A stretch of DNA of 64,000 nucleotides, from NCBI RefSeq assembly GCF_004010195.1, contig NC_057711.1, positions 71,150,797 to 71,214,796 on the forward strand. Direction: 5' to 3'. Numbering within the stretch: the first letter of the stretch is position 1; each line of letters starts with the position of its first letter. Positions 1 to 13,625 of the stretch are shown here, piece by piece. The notes under the pieces were generated by a model. The model was given only the letters and a program-made list of their open reading frames with translations, did no database searches and was not told the DNA's origin. Made by a program: the position numbers and the translations under genes. This stretch comes from Chiloscyllium plagiosum (lineage: Eukaryota).

Positions 1-1044
1 TGCTGCCTCCGCCCGAATCACTGCAATTTTCACTGAATCTTTGCTTTACTAGCCTTCTCTCTTTGAAGGTGCTCCTGTGTATGCACTTCTTTCACCAACA
101 TTTTATTTGTCTCTCTTAATCTCTTCTTGGGATTAGATTTTATTTGCTGTGAAGCACTTTGTGCCATTTTCCCACTTTAATAATAATGTATAAGTACATG
201 TTGCTGTCTAATGTTTGGCAATGGCTCGTGGAGAGGTACAATTGACCAACCAACCACTCCATGTGAATGAAGAGTAATGAATGATCTAGCATACTTTTGC
301 AGCATGTGCACCAGTAAGTAGGATGTGCACTCCACATTGCTGGTTGGAGTCATGAGCTGAAGATTTTGGAACAGTGCATGACAATCCATTTAACATGATT
401 CAAATTGTTGGTCATCTTGCTCTAAAGAAATGCAATTAAGTGGCTGGAAATGTCGCATGCACATGAAATGTAATGGAAACTCTGTTTATTTATAGAAATA
501 AGACAACTTTTTTTTATTTTTCAGATGAATTAACATCCCACTATGGTAATATAGTTATGTGATTTTGAAATAAGACAAATCCTGAACAACGTTTGGATCA
601 ATCCTGTCTTTCTTCTTTATTATAATTGTTTCGCAGGTCATGTTACTTTCGCTTACTCCTTTTAAAGCGAAATGTCTTTTGTAGTTTTAGGCAAGTTGGA
701 AACATAGACAATATTTAAATACCACACTGGAGAACTTGTCAGCAAAACAAGTGAAGAGAGCTCATAAACTGTACTAAAACAGACAACCTTGGATCACAGA
801 CTCACGTTGGAGAATAAAATCACTAGCAAAAACATAAACTTTTCTGAATTGCTTCATAAAATTAGCATGATTTAAGTCATCTCAGCTTTAATATGGAACA
901 GCTGAAGCATTAAGTGCTGTGTAATTATCCATTAATGACTTTTAACCTGTTGATATCTTCAAAGTAAGTACAACACCCAATGTTCAACTATTTTTAAAAT
1001 GTCAAAGATTATAACAGCAGTAGGTTGCAATAAAGAAATAAGAC

Positions 1045-1870
1045 AATGGATATGGAAAAGCTAGTGAATGGGCCAAGATTTGGCAGATGGTGTTTAACGT
1101 GGCTAAGCGTGAAATTATCCGTTTTGGTCAGAAGATTAGAAAGGCAAGTCAATATCTAAATGGAGAGAAACTTCAAATTCTTCGGTTCAGAAGGATCTGA
1201 GTGTCCTCATGCATGAATTGCATAAAATTAGTCTACAGGTGTAACAACTAATTAGGAAGGCAAATGAAATTTTGGCATTTATTGCTAAAGGATTGGAGTA
1301 TAAAGTTAGGGAACTGTACAACACATTAGTGAGACTACATTTGGAGCTCTGCATACAATTTTGGTGTCCTTATTTGAAGAAGGATTTATTTGTATTGGTG
1401 CAGTCCAGAGGAGGTTCACTAGATTCATTCCAGAGATGATGGGTTTGTCTTATGAAAAAAGATTGAGCAGTTTAAGCTGATGCACTCTGGAGTTTAGAAA
1501 AATGAAAGGAGATCAAATTGAAGTATATACAATGCTAAAAGGGATTGACAAAGTAGATGTAGAAAAGATTTTTCCTTATATGGGGCAAACTGGAATGAGA
1601 GGTCATGGTTTTAGGATAAGTGGTAGCAGAGATGAGGAGAAATTGCTTCTCATGAAGAAAGTGAATCTGTGGAATTGACCACCCCAGAGTATGATGGACG
1701 GTAGGACATTGAGTAAATTGAAGGAGGAGATAGACAGATTTGTAATTAATAATGTGTTAAAAGGGTTATAGGGAGCAGGCAGGAGAGTTTGAGATGAGAT
1801 CAGGCATGATTCTATTAAATGGCAGAGCTGGCTTGATGAACTGAATTGTCTAATCCTGCTTCTTATTCAT
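1045..1870 (+). mobile_element. CR1/HER1-type LINE, 5'-truncated 3' fragment (decayed ORF2 end and 3' UTR)
   Basis: Degenerate CR1 C-terminal coding blocks (WQMVFNVAK; LVRLHLELCIQFWCPYLKKD; VQRRFTRFIP) with stops, followed by a CR1-like 3' tail. Confidence 0.88.
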
Positions 1871-4800
1871 TTGTAACTCTTTTTTGTGGATTTACAAAGA
1901 ATTCCTTATTTATATTACAGTAAAACTTTTCAGACAAACTTAAATGTGCTCTTTTTAAATAATGGTCTTTTTTTACACTTGTCAATTGTTTCAGTCATCA
2001 AGATGAGCGATGATGTTAGAGCTGGAAAATGTTCCTTTATTATGAGCAAATCCACACAGGACAAATTTAAAAGGAAGTTGAATCAATAGCTGTTGAGTAA
2101 GAAAAGTGAATGTTACAGAATTTAATATGCTCAGTGAAAACTAGTGGAATCAGATCAGCTACGTGCTTTCCAAGAGTTCTCCAACTTCACTTTTTATTGA
2201 AGCCAGCAACAAACATAAATTCAGGTTGCATTATCCTCATAATGCACACCACATACACTAACCTAGACTATAGTGTAACTATACCTCTTTGTATATTTGA
2301 GCCTATCAAGCTGTTGCTTTGAAATTATTAACTAACTTATTTCTATTTAATTTATGATTACTTCATAGATTTTGAAAGTCTCTTTTGGTTCTGCTGCCAG
2401 AAGCTGTTGTGAAGAGTTGTAAATCAGAGACCAGATGAATGATTACACAAGCAAGTACTTTCAAAAGCAGATTGATTGGAGAAATGCTCAAGCTTTTGCT
2501 ATGAAAATGACAGGTGATCTACCTGCTGCTATTTCAAGTGGCAATGACACCACATACACAGTCACAACCTATGATTCACCGAAACAGGCTGCTTCTGTCT
2601 GTCCTATAGCACATGACTATTTTTATTTAATTAAAGCATTCTGTCCCCCACTCTATTACTGTGCACACTACACCCAAGTCATTACAAACTCTCTTTTTCT
2701 CCTTATTCGGTGGCATAGACTGTTCTTTTGTATCATCTTGATAAAAGAGTGCTATTTGACCAATTATCATTTTATTACTCGATACTTAACCAGTACTCTG
2801 ATTTTATTGGTTAACCAATTAACATGCTGCAGCTTAATAATGAATTAGAAGCCGCATTGCATTGGCTGGCAAAATAATATTTTGTAACCTGAAGGCATGA
2901 TTTCAATTAATAATCCAACATCCTTCATCCTGAGGACCAAAACAACTGACAAGTGTAACAAAAAAAATGACAATTAAAAACAAGCACAATTAATTTTGTA
3001 TGCAAAAATTTTGCTGCAATATGTTAATCAACATTTTTTGCCAGTCCACTGGTCAGAATTGCAAATACCCTCTGCAAGGTTGTATAATCTTTGACATTTT
3101 AAAAATAGTTAGTTAGAAACGTCAGAACAAAATTAATAAGTATTTAATAGCAGGCCTTTTGATCTGATGACCTTGCTTGAAATTTATAATTGTATATGAT
3201 CATGTTGAAAACATTATGGGTAGGAATGTCATATTTAGAGATGTCCTTTTCCCACTCTGTCACTGCAAACCCTGTAAATTTATATAATTGTGATATATTG
3301 TAGCATTTTACATAATGGTATTGCATTAATGTTCTGGATCCTGTGATTGAGGTTGTCTGCAATCTCCCTCCCATTCTTGAAGAAAAAGTTGGAACAATTA
3401 TATTTCATAAATTGAACCAGATGAATTGGATAGTACATTATGCTCATGTGTACGTTCAGAAGATCAGATCTATATTTTGGTTTATCAACCTTTACTGGTC
3501 CTAAAGAAAGCACAACTATAGAGAAGGAGAACTATTGACGAGGAGAGCAATACACAGAATTAGGTTTCGTGATGGTCTTCTGAAATCTAGTGCAATTACA
3601 CCTTGAACTTGAAACTTCAAAAAATTGCACTTGAAATAAATAGTCAGAGTATTAACCTGAGTGAGCGTCTTTATTATATGTGAATCTGGTGATTTATTAA
3701 ATACTATTTCCACATTTACAGTGATATTCAAAACTAAATAAAACATGTGAGCTTACTGGAAAATTGAATTGTTTTCCACTGTTGATTAATGATGACCAGC
3801 TATGAAATTTGAATAATGGATTATAAACTTGAAAAGAAACTTCCACTAACTACAAAGATAAAATTCAGTTTACCAGCAGGAGATAGTGTAACTCACACAG
3901 CGAGGAAAATAACATCAAAGGAACCCAAACCAGACAAACACACACATTCTATAATGAAGAATTCTGCTTGGGAAAAAGTGATTTTAAGTTGGGCACTTGT
4001 TTGTTTAGCTTTTATTTGTAGTAGTCAGTCATATTTCCTATTTATGCCTTCCCTCCCAACCTCCCAGTACATACTTTAGCTGAAAGCTTCAAGTTTTTAG
4101 GAGAATAACCTTCAATTTTCTAATCACTGTTGATCTCTTACCCCTTAAACACACTCCAGATTTAAAGCCAAGTTTGTTCTTTAACTAAATATATTTTGTC
4201 ATCATTGGCCCATAAATATCCATCCATTAGCAATATTATGACACATACTTAATTTAAAACCATATCTCAGTTTCTGTGCAATTATTTCTGCTTCCTTTTC
4301 AGGCTTTGGGTTTTTTTTGGGTCAATTGCCTTAAACAAATGTTGACTCTCTCATTAAATGAGATTTCATTCATGAATCTAATGCGTTAGTGACCTTGAAA
4401 TGTGAGCAATATGGAAATAAACACTGTGAAATGTAGTAGAACAACTTGTGGGCATATATTTCTGCTGCTGTTGAAACTGAAGAATGAAATTGTAGCCAGT
4501 TCCAAGAAGAAAATCTCCACAGATAAACTTCTAGAGCAGAAAAGAACCATTATTCTTTCTTTTTTTTACATGAACCATCTCTCCTTTTCTTGATAAGAAC
4601 AAGGCTATGTACCTTTCAAAGCAAGTAACAGAAAGAATATGACATGGCCACATTTTATTGCTAGCTGTCAGGCACAGATGAATAGCACAAACCAACTCCA
4701 TTACACAAAGAAGAATGAATTTCATTTTTAATGCACAGTAACACATTCATTTTACAATCCACAGCAATGTGTAATAGCTCATACTTCAAATAAATTATGT

Positions 4801-7800
4801 AAGATATGAACTTCTATATTCAAGAAGTGTATTTCTTGGTGTTCATTTAAAACTAAGCTGTGGGTACTGTATGCTTTGTACCCTGAAGGTGGTGCTTTTG
4901 AAGATTATTGTGGAACATACAACTGTTAACTCATCTCAGACATTTAGAATGCATGAATTTTGTGCACCCTACTTACTATGAACTGCTTATCATAGAATCA
5001 GCATATATTTTGAAATGGTTTCTATCATAAGTGTTGCCTGGAAACAGAATTGAATAAAATCTTTTGAACCTTCTTCCTTTTATCTGCACTCTGATTTTAA
5101 ATTCCACAGAAACAAAGAGAATGCTATTTAATTTTAAACAGAAGCTAAAATTTATATTATGCTAATACTCTTTTAGAAAGCAGTAATAAATCACACGTAA
5201 TGAGACTTTCATCATGTAACAAAGATCTTTTCAAATGAGTACCAAGTGATAGCCTCGATCTGTTTTTTTATATTGACTAGCTGAAGGATCTGAGTGCAAA
5301 ACCTGTCAAGTCCTTTCTGAAACCTTCCAAAGTCAGGTGGTTTAATCTGAATCAAAACATTATCTCGGGCTAGGGAACATTTTATAGGCTGCAAGTAATT
5401 GCACTTTGGTGTAATCTTTGATCATAAACCTTACAGTAAAATATGGAAATATCTATAGTTGGATAATCCTGTTTCAGTGAATGACAAGGCCTGTTGCATG
5501 TTAGTTTTCAACAACATAAATAAGTGGTGGCTTTTTTTTTATAAATCAATACATCCTGCCATAACTGATTTCTGGCACCCTACCTTTGAATTTAGAACAA
5601 CCGTGAATTAAACTCTACACCATCATGTGACTGTTCTCTAATTCCCTGTAGAATTAATTCTGTTTCATAGGATACTAAGATTGATCTTGAAAGCTGAAGT
5701 TTGTTTTATGATGTGTGTTTAGATATGCACGTGTCTGTGTTGTGTTAGCTGTGCATGTTATCAGCGTGTGTGTATGCACAAACCTCTGTGTACAATTTTA
5801 TTCCGTTGTTGAAAACTAAGATTGAATAGCTCTTCTTACACATCTACACAGATTTATAAAGCTTCCTCTACCCAACTTCAATAATTCTCCAACTTCATGC
5901 CCAATGATATCAGTATTGATTGCTCTAGTTTCCTTTATGATTTCTTTGAGTATAATTGACAGTTTACTGTAAGTTTGTGCTACATCACATGCAGTTTGTA
6001 TACAGGACAATGCTCATTATAGACCTTGGATTGTAGAAATAATATTTTTAGCAATGAGTATGGAGATACTATTATGATTCAATTATTTTGGGTTGGTTCC
6101 AACACTAGTTTCCAGAGGTGAAAGGATGACACATTAATCTACTAAGCCACATGTTTCAATGAGTGTTTGTGTGCATGACATGTATATTTGCATGTTGAAG
6201 GGCTAATCTGCAAAATTTAGCTGGTTATGTCACGCTTTACCTTAACGATGTCCAAATTTTACAAATAGATCTCACAGTTAAAGTAAGAACTACTAAAATG
6301 CCATGTCCTGCTTATGAACATATTCAACCATGTATAATTATAACACTACCTTTGGAATTGCTACTCCACATTCATTGGATTATCTGCACAAAGTAGACAC
6401 ATCTTCATCTAATATGTCCAATACAGGAGTCCGTTGGGAGTCAATATAATGTGAATTTGCTGCTAGAACTAATCCATATTATAAAAGGCATATTTCAAAG
6501 AAAAGAATGTAAAATAGCTTTTTGTGATTCTATATCCATAACTTAATATCCTTCTGAATAAGGTGTCATGCAATCTGACTACCCAGGGTCATCTTGGGAG
6601 CAGGTAGTGCAAGTTTCTAGACATGGCTAAAAAACCTGGTTTTCTTTGTAGCTGACAATCTGTTGTACTCCATTATTGATTGAAACAGTTATTAACATAT
6701 CCTGTTCAATATGATTGTTTCAAATCAAACACTACCACTGGTAAGCTCTCTAGAGTAAATACTATTTTGTTCCTTGCACTGATTTCTGATAAAAGCTATG
6801 GAAAAGCCATTGTAAAAACAGAGCACATTTCTCGATTTATTTTTTGATTGCCAGCTATTTCTTACTATGTAAATAGCTAAGTGCAATTAATTGCTGTGAA
6901 TAGAATTAAAAATGTAACTGAAACAAAACTGAATATTTGTCTTTTTTTATATCTTTGCTGTTATTAATTTGGGTTGCAGTCATATTTTGCTTGATTCTGC
7001 TGCTTTAAGTTCAATTTTGCTGTAGGCTGGTTTCATTATTTAGATAATAGAATACATTCTGAAACGTATTATTTAATTTTAAAGTCTGCCAAAGGACATA
7101 CAGCATAGTGGCTGGCAAATCTAATCTAAAAGATCTGAGGTTAGATCAACATAAAGTCAATGCCTTGTGCAAGTAAATGACATTGCATCATTTTAATGAT
7201 AGCTTTATCTGTCTGAATGGTTGATTATTTTTAGTTTTAGTCTGATGGAGATAAAACCATTGCAATAACTGCCTCAGTTAAATGGTTCCTAACAACTGCT
7301 CAGAAATGGCAAATAACGCAGGCAGATTGCAACTTAGTGTTAAACTCCTCAGAGGTTTCTGAAATTCCTAAAATATTGAAACCTTTGATGTATTTCACAC
7401 ATTCATTCACTTACAGATTTCTTTCACTTTACACTTCAAATAATTTAAAACTGGAAAATTTTCTTAAATTAATTTTTTCAATCTTAAAACCGAGGAAGTT
7501 GTTAGGTTGATAGTACCATAACATAATGCACTTTTATGTTTGCATTTACTTCAAAGAAAGCAATGATCATGCAGAGAGCAGTGAACTCGGGGCATTTGAT
7601 CTTTTATTGTTAGTGTGCGTCAAGTTCTCAGTGGAAGTCTTGCAGAAAGGTCAGTTGCAATATACCAATGTGGAATGTTGTTCATCCAGTTAGTAGAATA
7701 TAAAGGCTTAAAACCATAGCATAATCATAGATCCTGACATTCCAGGAAGTGAGCTGTCAATAATTGAAACACCAGTTTTCTTTCCAGTTATGATACAGTG

Positions 7801-8289
7801 TCAATATTAAAGTGTCTATTTATCTTTGATTATTTGCTTTAGTTATGACTTTCAATTGAACTATGAATGATCCTCAATTTCATCTTAATAAAACCAAATT
7901 GGAATTAATACATACTTAATGTGACAGCAGCCATGTAGCTATAGTTGATTGTTATTAAAATACATTGGGTTCACTAAGGCCATCTGCATGTGATTCCAGA
8001 TCACAGCAAGGTCAATGACTGTCAATGGGAGCATTGGTTACGTTCTCTCTTGTTGGAGATGGTTATTGCCTAGCACTTGTGTGGTGCAAATATTACTTGC
8101 CACTTATCGTCTAAGCCTGGATGTTATCTATGTCTTGCTGCATATGAGCATGGGCTGCTTTTGACTTTTGTGCAATCATCAATGAGCATTCTCACATCTG
8201 ATCCTATGATGGAAATTTGGTCATTGATGAATCAGATAATTGGGCTTTGGATGCGAAACTAAGGAATGCCTGCAATGATGTCCTGCAAT

Positions 8290-8400
8290 GGGCATGGCAT
8301 TGGTGCTCAGCGGTTAGCACTGCTGCCTCACAGTGCCAGGGACCTGGGTTCGATTCCAGCCTTGGGTGACTGTAGAAGTTGCCACATTCTCCCTATGTCA
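8290..8400 (+). mobile_element. HE1-like (V-SINE) tRNA-derived SINE, 5' part
   Basis: GCTCAGCGGTTAGCACTGCTGCCTCACAG...GGTTCGATTCC head with A/B boxes; same family as 32368, 37765 and 46090. Confidence 0.82.
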
Positions 8401-8402
8401 TC

Positions 8403-8466
8403 ACAACCACCCTGATGAACAGTGCTTCCAATTAAACCTGGTGTTGTATGATTTTTAACTTTGTAC
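8403..8466 (+). mobile_element. Penelope-like repeat terminus, internally deleted
   Basis: Matches the reverse complement of 32613-32711; CTGATGA is retained but helix II and GAAA are deleted. Confidence 0.6.
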
Positions 8467-8884
8467 AACTAAGATGACTCTTAAATCGTTAATCAGCTAT
8501 GTTGGAGGTGCAGGTTTTGATTGATTAATATGCAAATCCAGAATTTGTTTCAAGTTACTGCCCTGAGATAATAAGGTGCTATCAATATATAAGAGGTGAT
8601 CCCACCGGTCAGATGATATATTTTAGGCATGAGGTCTTGTTTGGAGTCTGCCTATGTCTTTTATTTCCAAGTAAAAGTCTATAAAATGTCACATTGACTG
8701 ACTGTCTACAAATTGTGTGTTTTTTGATCAAAAGAGATACTTGTAACTACAATAAATCAAATCAAATAAGTTATAGTACCTGGCCTTGCATCCTACACCT
8801 TACTCACAATTGATTATGCATCAACCCAGTTATGTTGGATGTGTTGAGACTCGCTTCTGTTTCTTGGATCTCCCAGTGAATAAT

Positions 8885-9400
8885 CCTACTTCTTCTTAGG
8901 CAGCCCCTCAAGACTGAGGATGACTTTCTTCCACTCTGGAGTTGTGAGTCCTGAAGTGATTAAACAGTCCGATGCTTGATTCACACACCCGTAACAGGTC
9001 GGACGAGTGGGCTTTGATGATGTGGGTGGTTGGGATGCTTGAGTTTCACAAGCTGCTTCCACTATTTGCACTTGGCCTCTCTCAGGGCTGTCAGAGATTG
9101 AACATACCATAAATTCTGGCCGAAGAACAATACCCACATCTCAAGATGAATATGAAAGAAAATATTTGGGACCTTTGCAGATGCTTTTCCTTTCACATTG
9201 GCTTTCAGCATTGATGAAAGGAATGACCCAAAGTTTAGGAATTGAGTCACGATGTCTGGCCGCTGGTCAGAAATCTTCATTATGTAGGGACAGTGCTGTG
9301 CAGTGTGAAGGGGTTGGCAGAGGATCTCCTTCTTCGGGATGGTTAGCCTTAGGTCCATGTGATTGTTTGCAGCTCAGCTTCTGTTTGTATGCACAAACAT
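8885..9400 (-). mobile_element. RTE-clade LINE 3' fragment
   Basis: Minus strand carries FLNFGSFLS (YLGS-like), a decayed Cys/His C-terminus and a ...GGGCTGCCTAAGAAGAAG tail typical of RTE ends. Confidence 0.62.
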
Positions 9401-9459
9401 GCATTGTACAATAAGGAGACTGTAATATGAAGATCACTCTCAATATCACAACTATTTGC

Positions 9460-11180
9460 AGCCCAGCATTTTGCTTTCAAGATAGATTATTAGAACATTC
9501 TGGGATTGTGGAATCAACAGGACAACAGTTTATATTAAATTTGGTATTGCATAATAAAACAGGATTAATTGCTGACCTCAGACAAAAAGCACTTTTCAGC
9601 GGTAGCAACCACAATATTTCATCTAGTTCAAAAGGGAGAACAGTGGATCTAAGACTAGTACTTTAACCTTGTATAAGGATAACTATGCAGGCATGAAAGC
9701 TGAAATAACTGCACAGAAGACAGTATCCCATCACCAAGTCACCCTTTATTTACTTGTGCACAGCACACTGGCTGTGGCCAGTTAGTTCGGAGACAGTTGC
9801 CTGAACTGAGGAGATTCTACGTTGGCCAGACAGGGCTTTCCAGATTAGTCCAGGATAACAACCCCAAATCAAGAACCTCATAGCAACGAGTCAACTTGGT
9901 TCCAATCACTACAAAAGCTGAACTAGCTGAAGGATACTGATTCGCTAGCAAATGACAATGGAGAGTGAATAATAAATAATAACGAAAAAGTGGGTGAAAT
10001 GAATAAATATTTCAGTGTACAGGATACACTCCTAAATGCTGTAAATGAGGAGGTGGATGTGGAGACAAACTTGGTGAAATTACAATCATGAGGGAAGCAA
10101 TTCTAAGCAAACTGATGGAGCTCAATGGCAGAAAACAGATATCCATAAATGTTTTGTTTTCTGATTGGCAGGATGTAACAAGTGGAATCCCATGAAGGTT
10201 TGTGCCAAGGCATCAGCTATTTACAATTTGCATCAGTGTCTTAGACAAGGGAAATTAAGGCATGGTAAAGGAATTTGCAAACGGCAAAGCTGAGAAGGAA
10301 CATAAATTGTGAAGAGGACATAAGGAGGATGCAAGACAGATATGGATAGATTGAGACTGTGGGCAAAAATCTGGCAAATGAAATACAATGTGATAGAAAA
10401 TGTAACATTGGTTAACTTGGCAAGAATAATTTGAAAAAAATGTCATCTAAATGGACAATGACTCCAGGGTACAGAGGGATTCAGGTATTCTAGTGCATGA
10501 ATCACAAAAAGTTAACATGCAAATACAAACTGTAATCAAGAAAGCTGATGGGATGTTAACCTTTATTCTGAGAAGAACTAATCTTGAAAGCTAGGATGTT
10601 AGGTTTCAGTTATATTGAGCCATGGTGAGATCACATGTTGAAAGATGTGTATAGCTTTGTTTTCTTTATATTTAATGAGGGATGCAAATGCTTTGGAAGA
10701 TGTTTACCAGACTGATACAAAGGATGTGCAGGTTGTCTTATGAGGAAAGTTTCAAGAGACAGTCTTGTTTTCACTAGAATTTAGAAGAGTAATTCAGAAG
10801 AGAATACTTAACTGAAGTATGTAAGGTATTGAATGTCATGTGACAAGTTGCATGTGGAAATGGTGTTTACTGACTTGGATGGGTTCGGAATCGAGGGTAC
10901 TACTTCAAAATTAACACTTTTAGGACAGAAATCAGGAGAACTTCATTTTCTCAGCAGGTTTTACAACTTTGGAACTCTCTGCCACAGATGTTAAAGGTAG
11001 ATAGATTTTGGTTACTGGGGGCAAGGGGAGTGCGGGTGGGGTGCATAGAGTTTCATTAGGCAGTGGAATCAAAATTTGTGTGCAGTAGATGGAAATGTGG
11101 AATTCAATCAGTCATGATTGTATTGAAAGGTGGATCAGATGGAGGGGACAAATGGCCTGTATCTGCCCTAATTCTTTTGT
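9460..11180 (+). mobile_element. Old, heavily deleted CR1 LINE, interrupted by a solo LTR
   Basis: Decayed ORF2 blocks (SDWQDVTSGIP*, QLFTICISVLD, WAKIWQMKYNV, LWNSLP) and a CR1-like 3' end. Confidence 0.8.
9701..9913 (-). mobile_element. Solo LTR (213 bp) with 5-bp target-site duplication
   Basis: TG...CA termini (TGAAATAAC ... CACTACA); AAAGC directly flanks both sides (9696-9700 and 9914-9918); AATAAA on the minus strand; the CR1 sequence resumes across it. Confidence 0.82.
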
Positions 11181-12404
11181 TTTTATTACACAAGTCCTAA
11201 CTAAATATTCTTAATATTAACTTTTCAAAAAGACTGTTTGAAAAATAAAGTGTGCATGTTATGCTATTGGAGATACGTCACTCTGTGGTTTTATTCCTAT
11301 TTATTAAGCTCAGGTTGAGTTAAGACTACTTCTGGCTTTATCAAAGCAAAATCAAAGCCAAGCAAAATTCTTCAAATCCTGCCTTGGTGTTCAGATATAA
11401 TGTTTCAAATGTCTCATTGTTTTCAAAATGGGAAATACATAGCAACAATCGCCTGACATTCTCTCATGGAGCCAAAAACATGACAGCACATAACTGCATT
11501 TTTTTTTCTAAAGACGTTAGTTAATAACATTGGGAAAGAGCTGCGTGAGGCTGGACAAAGAGTTGAGAAGGTTTGAATTTCTGACAGCTCTACTTCTTTC
11601 CTAGACAGTCTGACAAGAAAGTATGCTGTCTCTTTAAGATCAAGATTTTTTTTGTTGTTTGCCAAATTGCAGATGCTCTTCTTGGATTCAACAGTGTTAG
11701 GAATCCTAATGGTCTTACAGCAGCTCATTTCACAGTAGTTAGAACAAATGCACTTCCACTCAGCGCTAGAATCATCATTTCTCTTTAGCTGGAGCTGCTG
11801 CCACTGAAAATTAGGGCTGTAGACAACCCTCAGGGGGTTTGTCTTCGCCAGCTGAGTTGCTTTATATACAGCTACAATTTATTAAATTGCCTCCTTTTTA
11901 AGTTGCAGTAATAAGCCTTGTGCTTAGAATAGTTTAAGAGACATCCAGAACATTAATTTTTTAAGATGATGGCAGTAATTATATCATGTTTACCTAACAA
12001 GACAGTTTAGGTTGCAGTTATGCTGAATGAAGAGTTGGAAGTTGATTTATGTGGATTCCTAATGATTGAGCAGGGGCCAATGATCTTGACTTGTTGAAAT
12101 TTGTCTCTTCAAGTACTTCAGGCCAATATCTGGTTATTTTGAATGAAGCACATGACCAAAAGCAATAAAGTGAAATTCTGGATTATTCTCAAAAAGCACT
12201 GTGTACAATGCAGGAAACTTAAAAAAAAAGTATGTTACCATTAAGTGATTTGAAGTGGAGAGCGTGCAAAATAAACTTTAAAAGTCGCAGTTCTATTTTA
12301 CCTACACATGAGATTAAGAAAATGAGTATTAGACTGGAGGGATTTAAACTCACAGGCACCTTGAATGGTTTAATCATTCACAACCAGAATTGCCAGACAA
12401 GACT

Positions 12405-12750
12405 TTTTATTCATCCACATGATTCGGGCACCCTCATCCATGCCAACCTTTATTGCCCATCCCTCATTGCCCAAAAGGGCAGTTAAGAGTCAACCATATT
12501 GCTGTGGGACCGGAGTAAGATGTTGGCCAAAGAAGGTAAAGATGACCAGTTCTTTTCCCTAAAGGAGCTAGATTGATTTTTCCTGACAATCAATCGTGGT
12601 TTCATGGTCATCATTAGACTTTTAATTTGATATTTTTAATGAATTCAAATTGCATCATCTGCAATGGCAGGGTGCAAACCCAGATCCCCAGTATATTGCC
12701 TGGGTCTCTGGATTAATCTGCTAGTGTTAGTACCACTGGACCATCGCCTC
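12405..12750 (-). mobile_element. Deu-domain-like SINE (SacSINE1-like)
   Basis: Reverse-complement match to the copy at 27400-27750 (GGTTGACTCTTAACTGCCC, ATGATGACCATGAAACC). Family name assigned from memory. Confidence 0.65.
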
Positions 12751-12869
12751 CTCATAAAGTATTACTGAAACATGCTCTCATAAATGAACTACGTCATTCT
12801 ATTTTTATCTATTTAATTATTGGCAGAAAGTCACTTGCAATGGCTACTTTTTCCAAACTGTTATCTCAT

Positions 12870-13625
12870 GTTTCCCTGAAGGATCTATCTACGCCAACCT
12901 CCATGTTCCTACTTCTCATCTACATGTTACTCCTCGAGACATCATTTTGAAGAATATGGTTACTTTGCACTTGCATGCTGGCAAAACCTAGCTCTATCTC
13001 ACCACCACTTCTCTTGATTCTGTCTCTTGCTAAACTATCAGATTGTCTATCTGACATCTCGTGCTGAATGAACAGAAATTTCATCCAGGTAAACATCGAG
13101 AAGACCGAAGTTATTGTTTTCAGTCTCAGTCATAAATTTTACTCCTCTGTTGCAACCACATCCCTCTTCTTAGTGCTTCATTGGATTGTTCACAATTTTG
13201 TTGTTATATGAGATGAGGTTCTACCCATTTAGGTGTACTACTATTAAAAGAGCATTTTATTAAAAATCAATCTGTTCAGAGATGCTAACCTTCCAGCCCA
13301 GGACCCCTAACTCACATCTGTTTCAATCACCTAACCCCTTTAAACTCACCAATCCTCATTGACTCCCAGTTAATCAACGTAGTGATTTCAAAATTCTCCT
13401 TCTTGTTTTCAGATCTCTCCATAATTTCATCCCTGGCTACCCCTGTGTTGTGCTATAGCCCCAAAATTCTCTGAGATATCTGTGCTTCTCTAATTCCAGT
13501 ATCTTGAGCAAGCTTTTTCTCATCTCACTTAGCATTTCCATATCTGCCATATCTTACGCTCCTATGTAGCACCTTCCGAATTTTAATTACGTGAAAGGCA
13601 CTATATGAATATATTCAATTGTTGC
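12870..13625 (+). mobile_element. L2-like LINE 3' fragment
   Basis: Decayed RT end: HLHAGKT*LYL (YADDTQLYL-like), NFIQVNIEKTEVI, DFKILLLVFRSLH, and an L2-type tail ending TTGTTGCT. Confidence 0.7.

Noticed and set aside
2369..2513. Crypton/tyrosine-recombinase C-terminus (…FQ..ID…MKMTG)
   Set aside because: The catalytic HxxR, H and Y residues are not visible; the resemblance is too weak.
11423..11728. 101-aa minus-strand ORF in repeat-poor DNA
   Set aside because: No recognisable motif and no convincing splice borders; could be chance. The region may still be conserved non-coding DNA, which cannot be judged here.
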